Origin: a virus
Lineage: Duplodnaviria > Caudoviricetes
Direction: 5' to 3' (one strand)
Virus record (IMG/VR): IMGVR_UViG_3300023261_000003
Span: 1-62,655 of that record
Length of the DNA stretch: 62,655 nt
In this document: positions 1-9,008 of the stretch, one piece after another
Layout of the letters: the number at the start of each line of letters is the position of its first letter
How positions within the stretch are numbered: position 1 is the stretch's first letter
The notes under the pieces: generated by a model
Database searches by the model: none
Told to the model about the DNA's origin: nothing
The model's input: only the letters and a program-made list of their open reading frames with translations
Made by a program: the position numbers and the translations under genes

Positions 1-140
1 CGCGGTCGCCAGACTCGCGCTTGCGAGGCCGATCGCGATGTTGAACCAAACGCTGTAGGTCTTTTTCCAGTCGGTCATGTGAGCCTTTCAGGGAGGAACG
101 TCGGACGAGTAGCTGACGTCGGTGTTCGTCATGCCGGGCC
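1..140. repeat. terminal direct repeat, copy 1 (circular overlap)
   Basis: 1-140 matches 62517-62655 except one missing C near the end of the right copy (GTGTTCGTC vs GTGTTGTC). Confidence 0.95.
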
Positions 141-177
141 CGCCGGCGTAGAGGGTGGCGACCATGCCGGGAATCAC
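88..177 (-). CDS. possible 29-aa micro-ORF
   Basis: GTG overlaps the stop of the upstream gene (GTGA) and fills the gap before the holin start. Confidence 0.3.
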   Translation of the reverse strand: MIPGMVATLYAGGPGMTNTDVSYSSDVPP

Positions 178-956
178 ACGGTCACGATGTCGTACATCGA
201 TTTGAAACCGGCGATCATGTAGTCGCGGTCGATCGCCGAGATAACGCCGAGCCCCGGGTAGAGTTGTGCCTGCGGAGCATTCCAGGCGCCGTTGAGCAGC
301 CCGCACCCCCAGCGGATGTTATTCATGCTGCGGGTCCCGGGGTTGAAGCTCGCGTAGGTCACGGGCGCGAGGCCGTGAAAGTGCAGATCGAGCCGGCTAG
401 ACGCGCCGTTCAGAGTCACGCAGCCGACGAACGGCAGCCCCCACCAAGCGCTAACATCTGAGTTGTGCGTTACGACGGTGCCGGCGAAAGTCTTAAGGGC
501 GAACGTCGACCCGCTGACCCGCTCGCAATAGAGTGGTGTGGCGTCGGCCCCGCCGTCGAGTCCGTTGATCAGGATGCGAAATGCCTCCGAATTGTCGTTC
601 GGAATGAACTCCCCGACGACCACGACCGTGAGCGGCTGAGGGCCGAGTCCGACCGCATTGTTGACCATCTGCATGTACGCATTCGACGCGGACTTGAGCG
701 CCGGCAAACCGTTGCGCCAGCTCGCGATCCACTCGCTGGTCAGGTTCGCCCCGTCCGCGTCCCCGCCGCGCGCGCTATCCCCGAGCAGATCCTCGATCAG
801 CGTAACGCGGTTCGGTGTGCCGCCGCTGAGCGTGATCGTGTCGGCCTCTGACGTATCCCAGACCCAAACCCAATCGACGGAGCTTTCCGGCGGCGAGAGC
901 GGATCGAAACCGCCCGCCGCGCCACCGAGCAGCATCCGCCCCATGGTCCCCATCAT
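174..956 (-). CDS. putative tail fibre / receptor-binding protein (LamG/ConA-like beta-sandwich)
   Basis: End of tail operon, TGATG coupling; 'GFDPLS...WVWDTSEADTITLSG' and 'NGLPAL' resemble phage LamG-type fibre domains; start re-called at ATG 956. Confidence 0.55.
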   Translation of the reverse strand: MMGTMGRMLLGGAAGGFDPLSPPESSVDWVWVWDTSEADTITLSGGTPNRVTLIEDLLGDSARGGDADGANLTSEWIASWRNGLPALKSASNAYMQMVNNAVGLGPQPLTVVVVGEFIPNDNSEAFRILINGLDGGADATPLYCERVSGSTFALKTFAGTVVTHNSDVSAWWGLPFVGCVTLNGASSRLDLHFHGLAPVTYASFNPGTRSMNNIRWGCGLLNGAWNAPQAQLYPGLGVISAIDRDYMIAGFKSMYDIVTV

Positions 957-1954
957 CAGATGAGGTCCCTGAGTGTGGCCCAAAAATGCAACCCGCCTCC
1001 GCTCGCAAGCGTGGAGCCTGTCTCGTTCAGGACGTTGGCAACCAGGTCTCCACCCGATGCGCTGAGCGTGAGGGTGAGCCCCGTTGGGTCACCACCATCG
1101 ATGTCCGCCGCGGCCCCTTCGAGCGTCGCCGTGCCGGACACTCGGTTCAGGCAGACTTGCTGCGCGACGGTGAGCCGCGTGGTTCCGTGCTTGGCCTTGA
1201 CCTCGCAGACGATGCGGTAAGACCCGTTGCCGAGCGTCGAAAGGTCGAGCGTGTAGTCGGCGTTGGCGTCATCCGCCAGGGCCGCCAGGGCCACGAATGC
1301 CACGGGGCCAGGTTTCGTCTTGAGGTTGCCGGCGCCGGACGTGGCGTCGACGAACCAGAGGTCCTGGGGTGCCGCCGCGGTGGGCGCCGCGGAGCTGCCC
1401 GTGACATTGGCCAGGACCGTGTTGGCCGCCTGGTTCGGAAAGGTGTGGACGTGGTCGGATGGTGACGCGTCCTCGCTCGAGCCAGCGGCAGCGGCTGTGA
1501 GCGAAAGGTTCGCCGGCGCCGCCGCGGACAGGGACAGCTCGCCGCTGATTCCCGTGTTGACCGCCAGCAGCCACCCATAGGTGGGATGCCGCTCGAGCTT
1601 CTCCCCAAGCGCCAGGGGCAAGGCCCCGCTTCCGACCAGTGCCCGGAAGAAGTACCCGGGGACCAATCGCTTGAGTCGGTCGCGTCCGCCGTTGATGCGA
1701 CACTGGATCAGGTAGTTCTGATCGGCCGGGCTTACCGGGAACGTGAAGGACGCCGTGATGCCGCTTGGGCTCCCGGCAGGGGTGATGGTGGGGTTGACCG
1801 CCGAGGGGCCGTGGTTCCCAACGACGCTCCACTGAACCGTCGACACGCCGAACGTGGACGCCAGGGCCAGGTTGACCGTGGCCCCGGGCGTGACCGTCAC
1901 GATGCCCGTGTAGGCAACGCCGTTGACGGTGAATTCTGCTGAGGGAGTAGGCAT
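956..1954 (-). CDS. putative tail fibre / baseplate-associated structural protein
   Basis: Ala/Thr/Gly-rich beta protein with 'SDHVHTFP' and 'AANTVLANVTGSSAAP' fibre-type motifs; position in tail operon. Confidence 0.6.
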   Translation of the reverse strand: MPTPSAEFTVNGVAYTGIVTVTPGATVNLALASTFGVSTVQWSVVGNHGPSAVNPTITPAGSPSGITASFTFPVSPADQNYLIQCRINGGRDRLKRLVPGYFFRALVGSGALPLALGEKLERHPTYGWLLAVNTGISGELSLSAAAPANLSLTAAAAGSSEDASPSDHVHTFPNQAANTVLANVTGSSAAPTAAAPQDLWFVDATSGAGNLKTKPGPVAFVALAALADDANADYTLDLSTLGNGSYRIVCEVKAKHGTTRLTVAQQVCLNRVSGTATLEGAAADIDGGDPTGLTLTLSASGGDLVANVLNETGSTLASGGGLHFWATLRDLI

Positions 1955-1969
1955 GGTTCTGCAGGTCGG

Positions 1970-1998
1970 TTGACGACGGCCGGCGGCAGACCAAGACT
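1970..1998 (+). promoter_or_regulatory. sigma70-type promoter of lipoprotein moron, probably leaderless
   Basis: TTGACG-N17-AAGACT, 7 nt before GTG 2006; no SD. Confidence 0.55.
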
Positions 1999-2005
1999 GG
2001 TCCGG

Positions 2006-2680
2006 GTGCGACCTTGGTTAGCCGTTTGCGTGTTGGCTCTTGGGTGCGGCTCCTACGTGTCCGCGCCGGACGGGAGCGGCGGCAGCGAAGGTCTCGGCGG
2101 GGCTGGCGGCACCATCGACGCCGCAGGTGGCCAGGAGTCGACCGGGGGCTCAGAAAGTGGCGGCGCTGACTCGAGTTCGGGCGGCGCCGAAGCGAGCGGC
2201 GGACAGATGGCTAGCGGTGGGGTGCGCCCGGAGACCGGTGGAGAACCCGGCTCTGGCGGGGCCGCAGCTTCAGGCGGAAGCATTGGGACTGGCGGGACGG
2301 TGACGGAGCCGACGGTGCTCTGGTCGGCTGGTCACGACGGGTCCGTGCTTCACGAGCAGAACACTGAGTGGGTGTCGGCCTCGATCAACTGGGACGACGA
2401 CAACTGCGACACGGACGCGGCCGTTCCCATCCTTCCCGGCGACACCGTTGACCTCCAGATCCAGCTTGGCCCGGAGGACCTCGGCTGCATCGGAGACCCG
2501 GGCGCGGTCCCGGTTATGCATTTCGGCCCGCAAGACTGGATCTTGGCCGATGGGCCATCGGAGATCGACACGTCCGACCCGACTCTACGGGTCCGCTTCG
2601 TGGTTGAGTCGTTCGCCTGTGAGTCGTCACCAACGAAGCACTGCACTGCTGAGTTTCGGTGGGAATTGCTTCGCGACTGA
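2006..2680 (+). CDS. moron lipoprotein with Gly/Ser/Thr-rich linker
   Basis: Signal peptide with lipobox LALG-C, long GGS/GGT linker, Cys-containing C-terminal domain; antisense to the tail operon. Confidence 0.75.
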   Translation: MRPWLAVCVLALGCGSYVSAPDGSGGSEGLGGAGGTIDAAGGQESTGGSESGGADSSSGGAEASGGQMASGGVRPETGGEPGSGGAAASGGSIGTGGTVTEPTVLWSAGHDGSVLHEQNTEWVSASINWDDDNCDTDAAVPILPGDTVDLQIQLGPEDLGCIGDPGAVPVMHFGPQDWILADGPSEIDTSDPTLRVRFVVESFACESSPTKHCTAEFRWELLRD

Positions 2681-2686
2681 CCAGGA

Positions 2687-3280
2687 TCAGAACAGCTCGC
2701 CGACTTTTTGGATCTTGATCTGGTGCAGCTGACCCACCGAGCCCTCGGTCAGCGGCGTTTGGTTGGAGCAGTTGGTGGGGCTGAACGAGATCAGCTCGTT
2801 GGGCGGGTCCAGGATTGGCACGAGAGCCCAGCCGAGTGTGCGGTCCGGCAGGAACCCGCGCGCCCAGCCGACTGTTGCCCCATCGACCTGGATGAGCACC
2901 TCGATCAGGCTCGCGGTGAGCCCGGTCCCATTCATCCAGGCACGAAAGTCGATCTCATAGAGACCAGGCTCCGGCACTTCGATCAGGTCAGCCGGCGTTC
3001 CGCTCGTGGTCCAAGAGCCCGCGCGGTAGTACGAAGACTTCAGCAGGATATCGAGACGGGCGGCGGCCGCCGTGGTGTTGTTGTCCAGACTCAGCCAGGC
3101 AATGACCGCTCCGGTGCCGAGCCCGGCGCCACCAACGCGAACGCGTTCAGTTGGCTCGTAGAGCCCGCCGTCGCGACCATCGAGCGCGAACGGGATGTCG
3201 GTGTTGAGCTGGTTGACCTGGGCGCTCAATAGCCGCTCGCCAATGATGTACGAGCCGGCCTTGAATGGGGCGAACGTCAT
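2687..3280 (-). CDS. tail/baseplate structural protein (C-terminal jelly-roll-like)
   Basis: 'GERLLSAQVNQLN' N-terminus and 'IEVPEPGLYEI' are typical of phage tail proteins; coupled to neighbours. Confidence 0.55.
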   Translation of the reverse strand: MTFAPFKAGSYIIGERLLSAQVNQLNTDIPFALDGRDGGLYEPTERVRVGGAGLGTGAVIAWLSLDNNTTAAAARLDILLKSSYYRAGSWTTSGTPADLIEVPEPGLYEIDFRAWMNGTGLTASLIEVLIQVDGATVGWARGFLPDRTLGWALVPILDPPNELISFSPTNCSNQTPLTEGSVGQLHQIKIQKVGELF

Positions 3281-4365
3281 GCCGTGAAGCCTCCGAATTG
3301 CTCGAGCGTGGATGCCCCAGGGTTGCGCGCTGGTGGCGGCGTCGGGCTCGTGAGCCGGAGCGCCGTGATGTAGCGAGCCATGATGGTGGTGAGCGCCCCG
3401 ATCGTCGGGGCCGCGCCAGCGTCGACCGAGTTGTGCACCGGCGCTCCGATGGCCTTGTGCTCGGCCAGCCGCGCTACCGCGTCAGCGAGGGCGAAGTATT
3501 GGGAGGCGCGCCCCTCTTGGCAGCCTGCCGATTGAAAGACCGTCGTGCCGTCGATGGCGTCGTGAATGGGCACCGGCGGATCCACGGGGTCAGCCGCGGG
3601 AATCGTGAGCGACCCCATGTGGGCCGTCATGAGGCGACGCAGCTCGCTGATGGCGGCCGGAGCCCCTTTGATCGTCGCAGCGCTCCAGCCTGCCGCGATG
3701 GGACGTAGCGTGTCGGCGTTGTTGTGCGCTGTCGCGTTGGCGAGGTGGGCGTTCCACGCGGTCGCCACGTTGGCGAAGTCGGTGGCGAAAGTACCAAGGA
3801 CGCTTGACGCGAGGTCACCGTCCAGTGCGTCCACCAAGATCAAGAGCGGCGCGTCGTACTTCGCGCTCGCTGCCGCCGGACTCGTCGGGTTCTCCAGCGC
3901 GGGAGTGGCCACGCCGTGCACCGGGACCGAAGTAGCCCGGACGGTGTCGTTCCAGACGAACACCACCAGATCGAGCTGGTGCGGCGCTTCGCCCATCTTC
4001 AGGGTCAAGCGCTCGCCCACATAAAGCAAGACGGTGGTCTTGGTTTGCAGAACCGGCTGCGGAGAGCCAGCTGGGTCCCCGGCGAACATTGCGCCCGACG
4101 ACGGTCTGACCACGAACTCCAGGAGCTCGAACGTGTAGACGCCGCCCTTGTCCGACTTGAACTTCCACGGCACCGTTGCGCTGCCCGAGTAGACGTCGAC
4201 CACCTGTCCGCGCGCCGCGTCGATGCGCCGGCGGATCTCCGAGCCTGTCGGCGCCATGGTGGCGTTGACCTGGATCTGGTTCGTGCCCGCGACCAGCCCC
4301 GTGAACGTGATCGACACGTCCTGGCTTGGGATCGGGTATTCGGGGGCGGGAACGAGTGTTGCCAT
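3277..4365 (-). CDS. putative tail/baseplate structural protein
   Basis: 362-aa ORF in the coupled tail operon; no specific motif recognised. Confidence 0.55.
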   Translation of the reverse strand: MATLVPAPEYPIPSQDVSITFTGLVAGTNQIQVNATMAPTGSEIRRRIDAARGQVVDVYSGSATVPWKFKSDKGGVYTFELLEFVVRPSSGAMFAGDPAGSPQPVLQTKTTVLLYVGERLTLKMGEAPHQLDLVVFVWNDTVRATSVPVHGVATPALENPTSPAAASAKYDAPLLILVDALDGDLASSVLGTFATDFANVATAWNAHLANATAHNNADTLRPIAAGWSAATIKGAPAAISELRRLMTAHMGSLTIPAADPVDPPVPIHDAIDGTTVFQSAGCQEGRASQYFALADAVARLAEHKAIGAPVHNSVDAGAAPTIGALTTIMARYITALRLTSPTPPPARNPGASTLEQFGGFTA

Positions 4366-4368
4366 GCG

Positions 4369-5475
4369 CTAGAGGCCGGTGAAGTCGAGGAGCGAGATGT
4401 CGAGGTAGAACCCGCTGGTTTCAGTGGTCGTCCAGTCGAAATAGACGGTGGCCGGCGTGATGCGATCGAGCAGCTTGATGAGCTGCAGGTTGATGAGGCT
4501 CGAAAAGTCCGGGTCGTTCGCGTCGCCGGGGTGGCGGACGTCGATCAGGATCTTGCGGCGCGACTCGCACCAGACCCCGCTGCCCAAGTCCCACGCGACC
4601 GGCCACGCCCCGGGAGCGTCGTCGATGTCGACAGAGACCACGGAGACGAAACGCGAGCCGAGTAGGTCGCTGACGGCCTCGGCGAGATTCGCGAGGCCCC
4701 CGCCGTTGTGCGCGGCGTAGAGGACCGAGCAGCGCTGCCGGACCAGCCAGTCGGGCTCGGTGTCGGCATGGGGTACCTGAAGGGCCGTGGCCCAGTCGCT
4801 CAGCGTGATGGTGGCGGTGTCTGGGGTGGAGCCGCAGCGGACTCGCTCCTCGGCTCGCTCGGCGCCAGCCAGGGCACGCGCCATGGCGACCTTGCGGGCA
4901 TGGAGGAGACCCGACTGCTGGGTCCCAAAGGAGCTGCCCAGCGTGGCTCCGACGTCGCGGTACCAGTTCCAGGCATACGGGACGACCTCCGTCCGGGTGT
5001 CCTGCTTGTTCGGTGTGCCGCCGAAGTCCTCGGGCCGGTGCTGGTTCCAGGCCCCGTGGACCGCCACCGTGAAGTCGAGGGCGTCGCTGCCGGTCGAGTC
5101 CACCGTGACCGACTGCGGGCCGCTCAGCGCCACCAGGACAGGGTCTGTCGAGTTGTGCCGGCTTGCCCGGGCGGACTTGAGGCTGAGCGTCCGGCGTTGC
5201 TCGGACTCGTCCTCCGGGGCCGCCTGGAACGTAATGACGACGGGATCCGGGTGATCGCCCGTGACCGTGATGGCTACCTTGGGGGCCCGGCAGGAGGCCC
5301 GGACCACGACCGGGGAGGCGCCGCCTGTCGCGCGGGTGACCGTGACCCAAGCGAAGGGCAGCGTCCTGCTGGCAGCGGCCACGTCGACCGCCATGCGGAG
5401 CATCTGAGTCGCCGACCAGCCGTCCTGCGGCGGACCGCCCAGCCGGAGCGGGAGCGGCGCCAGCCCGCCGAACAT
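4369..5475 (-). CDS. baseplate wedge protein (Mu gp48/P2 gpI-like C-terminal domain)
   Basis: 'PDTATITLSDWATALQVP...LVRQR' and 'LLDRITPATV' patterns; downstream of baseplate J. Confidence 0.65.
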   Translation of the reverse strand: MFGGLAPLPLRLGGPPQDGWSATQMLRMAVDVAAASRTLPFAWVTVTRATGGASPVVVRASCRAPKVAITVTGDHPDPVVITFQAAPEDESEQRRTLSLKSARASRHNSTDPVLVALSGPQSVTVDSTGSDALDFTVAVHGAWNQHRPEDFGGTPNKQDTRTEVVPYAWNWYRDVGATLGSSFGTQQSGLLHARKVAMARALAGAERAEERVRCGSTPDTATITLSDWATALQVPHADTEPDWLVRQRCSVLYAAHNGGGLANLAEAVSDLLGSRFVSVVSVDIDDAPGAWPVAWDLGSGVWCESRRKILIDVRHPGDANDPDFSSLINLQLIKLLDRITPATVYFDWTTTETSGFYLDISLLDFTGL

Positions 5476-5477
5476 CG

Positions 5478-6020
5478 CTAGAGGATCTCCAGCGTGATCT
5501 GCGCGTCGTCGATGGCGGCCCCGGCGTCGTCGATCGCCGCGAGCGTCCAGGTGTAGCCGTTGACCCGGGTAATCGAGACATGGCCGTACCCGGCCTCGCC
5601 CACGACCGAGGCCACTGCGTGCACGGCGTCGAGGTCGTAGGGCACGCCGTAGTCGTCGAGCTGTTCCTCTGGCCAGGTCAGCGTGACCGAGCCATCGCCG
5701 ACGCGCGCGCCAGCTGGGAAGCCCACCGGAGCGGCATCGCCAGGGTAACCGTTCGTCGAAACGCCGTTCATCTGACGGGCGCTATTGATGGTGGGCGCCG
5801 CCGGCGTCGTGTCGTTGCAGGTCAGGGTGATGACGGCGAATGGCGCCACTCGAGCGAGCCCGGCGACGTCGGCGCAGAGCCGAATGAACTCCTGCGCCGA
5901 GACGTCGGTCTTCGGGTTGACCGAATCCTGGCCGGCGTAGTTGCGCTTCTCGGGATGCCCGCCGTACGTCGAGGCGTCGGAGGTGCGCGCCCAAGCTGGA
6001 TCGCCGGTCGGAGTCGTCAT
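5478..6020 (-). CDS. baseplate-associated protein, paralogous to the N-terminus of 4369-5475
   Basis: 'SAQEFIRLCADVAGLARVAPFAVITLT' aligns by eye with 'SATQMLRMAVDVAAASRTLPFAWVTVT'. Confidence 0.6.
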   Translation of the reverse strand: MTTPTGDPAWARTSDASTYGGHPEKRNYAGQDSVNPKTDVSAQEFIRLCADVAGLARVAPFAVITLTCNDTTPAAPTINSARQMNGVSTNGYPGDAAPVGFPAGARVGDGSVTLTWPEEQLDDYGVPYDLDAVHAVASVVGEAGYGHVSITRVNGYTWTLAAIDDAGAAIDDAQITLEIL

Positions 6021-7513
6021 TGCGGGTAGATGGCGAAGTGCCTGGGGACCAAGACGTTCGGTGGATCAGCGATGGCGCCGGGAATGGCGGGTGAGGTTTG
6101 CGAGCGGTACGCGAACCCCACGTCCTCGAACTCGGCATGCGCCGTCTGGAGTTCCTTCAGGAATGTGCTCGTGAGGCCTGGCTTCTGCGTGTCGGCGATG
6201 AAGGGATGACGGAGGCCGCGCCCGTTGAACGTGAGCTGCGTATTGGCGGTGTTTTCGCCGCATCCCAGGTTCTCGAAGAGGCTCACCCAGGTCTCCGAGT
6301 AGGCGTCCATGTTCGCCGCGGCCGGGCACATGTAGTCGCCGGCAGCCGGGCCTTGGCCGGTCTCATCGATCCAGGGCGTGTCGGGCGTCAGGATCCAGGC
6401 CGTCGTTGCCCCGCCAACCGTGATGACGGTCCGGACGTGGAACCGCATGTCCCGCGAGCTCCACCAGGCCACCCGGGTCTGCCCGGCGATGGGCGAGACG
6501 GCCGTGTCGGCGTCGAGCGTGACGATGCCCGTGGGCCCAAGGGTCGTGACGGTGCAGCGCGTCTCGGGGCCCGTCAGGGGCGGCCATGGGGCAACGTCGA
6601 GCCAGCCCTCGCCGGAGCCGCCAGCGAGCGAGCTCTGGGGCAGCGTGGCCAATAGACTCACGTCGGTGTCGGAGTCGGCGGCCGCCTGGACCTTGGTCGT
6701 GACGCCCGTCGAAACATCGGCGTGGATGGCTGCCCGGATCACGTCCAGGGTCGAGCTCGGGAACACGCGCGAGAAGCTCAGGGCGTCGCGGTCGAAACGC
6801 TTCAGCACCACGACCTTTTGCTGCCCGGGTCCGCCCATCGTCGGGAAGACGAAGACGTGCTGGGCCGCCGGCGAGGTGTCGAGCGCAATCTGGCGGAGTT
6901 GAACCCAGCTCCCGCCGCCCGTGTTGGCTTCGGCGTTCAGGACGCGCTCCCGGAGGCGCCCCTCCGTCTCCTCATCGTAGCCGCCCGTGATGGGCTCGAA
7001 CGCCGAGACGCTTGCTTCTTGGCTAACGTTCGTGGGAGCGCCCAGCAGGGTGACGACGCTCCCGGCGCGCGCATTGCCCTTGCTGCCGGCTTCGTCGATC
7101 CGGAAGTCGACTTCGTCACCGTTGACCGCGCTGACCCAGGTGCCGAGGACGGCGCCGCGCACACCATTGGGCAAGGTGCCCGGCTGCCCATCGGGGATCG
7201 TTGCCGTGCCCGTGATGGTGAGACGGATCTTGCCGGCGGCTCGAGACGGTGGTGCATCGGGGACCTTCAGGGCCTCCTTGTGGCGGACCAGATCCTCACC
7301 GACGGCCGTGACGGGTGTGCACGCGGACTTGGTCCCGTCGATGCGCGCGTGGAGCATCATGCATGCGCCAGCCACGCCGGTCGCCAGAATGTACTCGTCC
7401 GAGCCCGGGCCAACGTTCGGCGTGAGGCCAGCGTTTGACGCTTCGAGGACGATGTCCGTCAGGATGTCGTCCCGGATCTCCGCCATGCTGCGGGGGCCTG
7501 CCACCTCGGCCAT
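6017..7513 (-). CDS. baseplate J / Mu gp47 family protein
   Basis: 'AVGEDL', 'GSKGN', 'ITGGYDEETEGRLRERV' are diagnostic baseplate-J motifs. Confidence 0.9.
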   Translation of the reverse strand: MAEVAGPRSMAEIRDDILTDIVLEASNAGLTPNVGPGSDEYILATGVAGACMMLHARIDGTKSACTPVTAVGEDLVRHKEALKVPDAPPSRAAGKIRLTITGTATIPDGQPGTLPNGVRGAVLGTWVSAVNGDEVDFRIDEAGSKGNARAGSVVTLLGAPTNVSQEASVSAFEPITGGYDEETEGRLRERVLNAEANTGGGSWVQLRQIALDTSPAAQHVFVFPTMGGPGQQKVVVLKRFDRDALSFSRVFPSSTLDVIRAAIHADVSTGVTTKVQAAADSDTDVSLLATLPQSSLAGGSGEGWLDVAPWPPLTGPETRCTVTTLGPTGIVTLDADTAVSPIAGQTRVAWWSSRDMRFHVRTVITVGGATTAWILTPDTPWIDETGQGPAAGDYMCPAAANMDAYSETWVSLFENLGCGENTANTQLTFNGRGLRHPFIADTQKPGLTSTFLKELQTAHAEFEDVGFAYRSQTSPAIPGAIADPPNVLVPRHFAIYPQ

Positions 7514-7953
7514 CAGATCTCCGCCGTTCGGCGCTCGCCGGTAAGGGTTTCCGTGTACTCGACCGAGACGCCGAGGCGCCCGGGAACGCCGTTCAGCATC
7601 GTGCTGGAGTCGACCCGATCCACCGTGATGGTGCCTTCGTCGACGAGCGGCTTGAGCACGGTGCGTACTTCACCGTCCATGTGCTTGGCGGTCTGCGGGC
7701 CGTGGAACGTTGGCATCTTGATGCCGCGCATCGACATCGAGGAGCCGAAGGCGTTTTGCAGTAGGTTCATGACGCGCTGCCGGGTGGGCGTCGTTTTGAG
7801 GATCTCGGTCCCGCTGACCGCGTAGTCGCGCTTGATCGGGTCGATGTAGCGCACGCCCTCGGCCTCGGTGGTGTCCTCGTCTTCCGAGAAGCCCCACATG
7901 CCGGCGGCCACGAGCCCGAGGGCAAAGGTTCCGAGTCCTTCTGGTTCAGGCAT
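7513..7953 (-). CDS. baseplate wedge subunit (gp25/Mu gp46-like)
   Basis: Position between spike and J; 'VRTVLKPLVDEGTITV' matches the gp46 pattern. Confidence 0.65.
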   Translation of the reverse strand: MPEPEGLGTFALGLVAAGMWGFSEDEDTTEAEGVRYIDPIKRDYAVSGTEILKTTPTRQRVMNLLQNAFGSSMSMRGIKMPTFHGPQTAKHMDGEVRTVLKPLVDEGTITVDRVDSSTMLNGVPGRLGVSVEYTETLTGERRTAEI

Positions 7954-8287
7954 CGAGTGGGCAGGGTATGGTGAAGACGGGGACCGCGGGTGGAGCGGGG
8001 AGAACGAGTGCTGCGAGTCCCAGCAGGACAGGCGGCGAGAACGCAGGTGGCTTCAGCTCGAGCGCGAAGCCGGGGAGACCGATGGTGAAGTCAGGAATGG
8101 CAGGCGGCGCCGGGAGAAGCGGCAGGCCCATCACTGGCAGCGAGAACTGCGGGATCTGCGGAGCGAAGGCCGGCATGCCCGGGATCGCCACCATGAGGTC
8201 AGGGATGCTTGGTGGAGTCGGCAATGCCGGCAGGCCGAACGGCGAAAAAACCGGCGGAGAGAATGCCGGGAGCGCGAACTCGCACAT
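7946..8287 (-). CDS. Pro-rich hydrophobic protein of unknown function
   Basis: 30 Pro in 113 aa, internal repeats, Cys near each end; TGATG-coupled to the spike gene. Confidence 0.7.
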   Translation of the reverse strand: MCEFALPAFSPPVFSPFGLPALPTPPSIPDLMVAIPGMPAFAPQIPQFSLPVMGLPLLPAPPAIPDFTIGLPGFALELKPPAFSPPVLLGLAALVLPAPPAVPVFTIPCPLDA

Positions 8288-9006
8288 CAGGAGCCCAGTG
8301 CCACCGGCGAGGCAGTCGACTGGACCAGCGCCGCCGAGGATGACGCAAGAAGCTTGAGCGCCGCGCCGCCGTCCATGGGGGCCGGGGTCCAGGCGGAGAA
8401 CATCTGCCAGATCCGAGCGAACTCGGCGTCGACCTTGGTCGCGTCCGGCACGTTGCTGGTCGGGTTCCCGCCGCCAAGAATCACGTTGCCCATCAGGGCA
8501 GCCACACCGCCCTCGAGACGGAGGCTGCCGCGCCCGGAGGCGTCGCAGAGCGTGATGCCGTCCTTTTCGCTAATCTGGAAGATGCCGCCGGGCGTGCTGA
8601 TGGCTACCTTCTTGTTCTTCCGGTCGACCGTTACGACGTAGTCGGCGCCGACCAGGATGACGGCCAGCTGGTCCTTGGCCAGGAACCGCGAATCGAAGTC
8701 AGGCCCTGTCGAGTGGAGGGCATGTTCGCCCGGGCTGATCTCCCCGTAGACCTTGGCGGCTCGCGGGTCGTGGGCCGCCACCACGGCGCCGTCGAGGCCC
8801 GCCGTTTCCTCGATGACGCCTTGCGCCGAGCCCCTGTCGTCGGCCGGGTAGGGGCGCCCTGAGACGCCCAGGCAGCACATCAGGGGCGGCTTGCCCCAGT
8901 CCGGTGATGCCCCGTCGTCGTCGAGCGGTTCGCCCTTGCACTGCGCCCAGACGACGCCGGACGTGGCGTCTAGCTCCGAAGCTCCGAGGTCAACTAGCTG
9001 TCCCAT
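8287..9006 (-). CDS. baseplate spike (Mu gp45/gpV-like)
   Basis: Start re-called at ATG 9006; 'GVSGRP...DPR...ISPGEHALHS' gp45-like OB fold followed by beta-repeats. Confidence 0.75.
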   Translation of the reverse strand: MGQLVDLGASELDATSGVVWAQCKGEPLDDDGASPDWGKPPLMCCLGVSGRPYPADDRGSAQGVIEETAGLDGAVVAAHDPRAAKVYGEISPGEHALHSTGPDFDSRFLAKDQLAVILVGADYVVTVDRKNKKVAISTPGGIFQISEKDGITLCDASGRGSLRLEGGVAALMGNVILGGGNPTSNVPDATKVDAEFARIWQMFSAWTPAPMDGGAALKLLASSSAALVQSTASPVALGS

Positions 9007-9008
9007 GG

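Noticed and set aside
174-3280. Diversity-generating retroelement or invertible fibre cassette
   Set aside because: No reverse transcriptase or serine invertase recognised, and no TR/VR pair or flanking inverted repeats noticed by eye.
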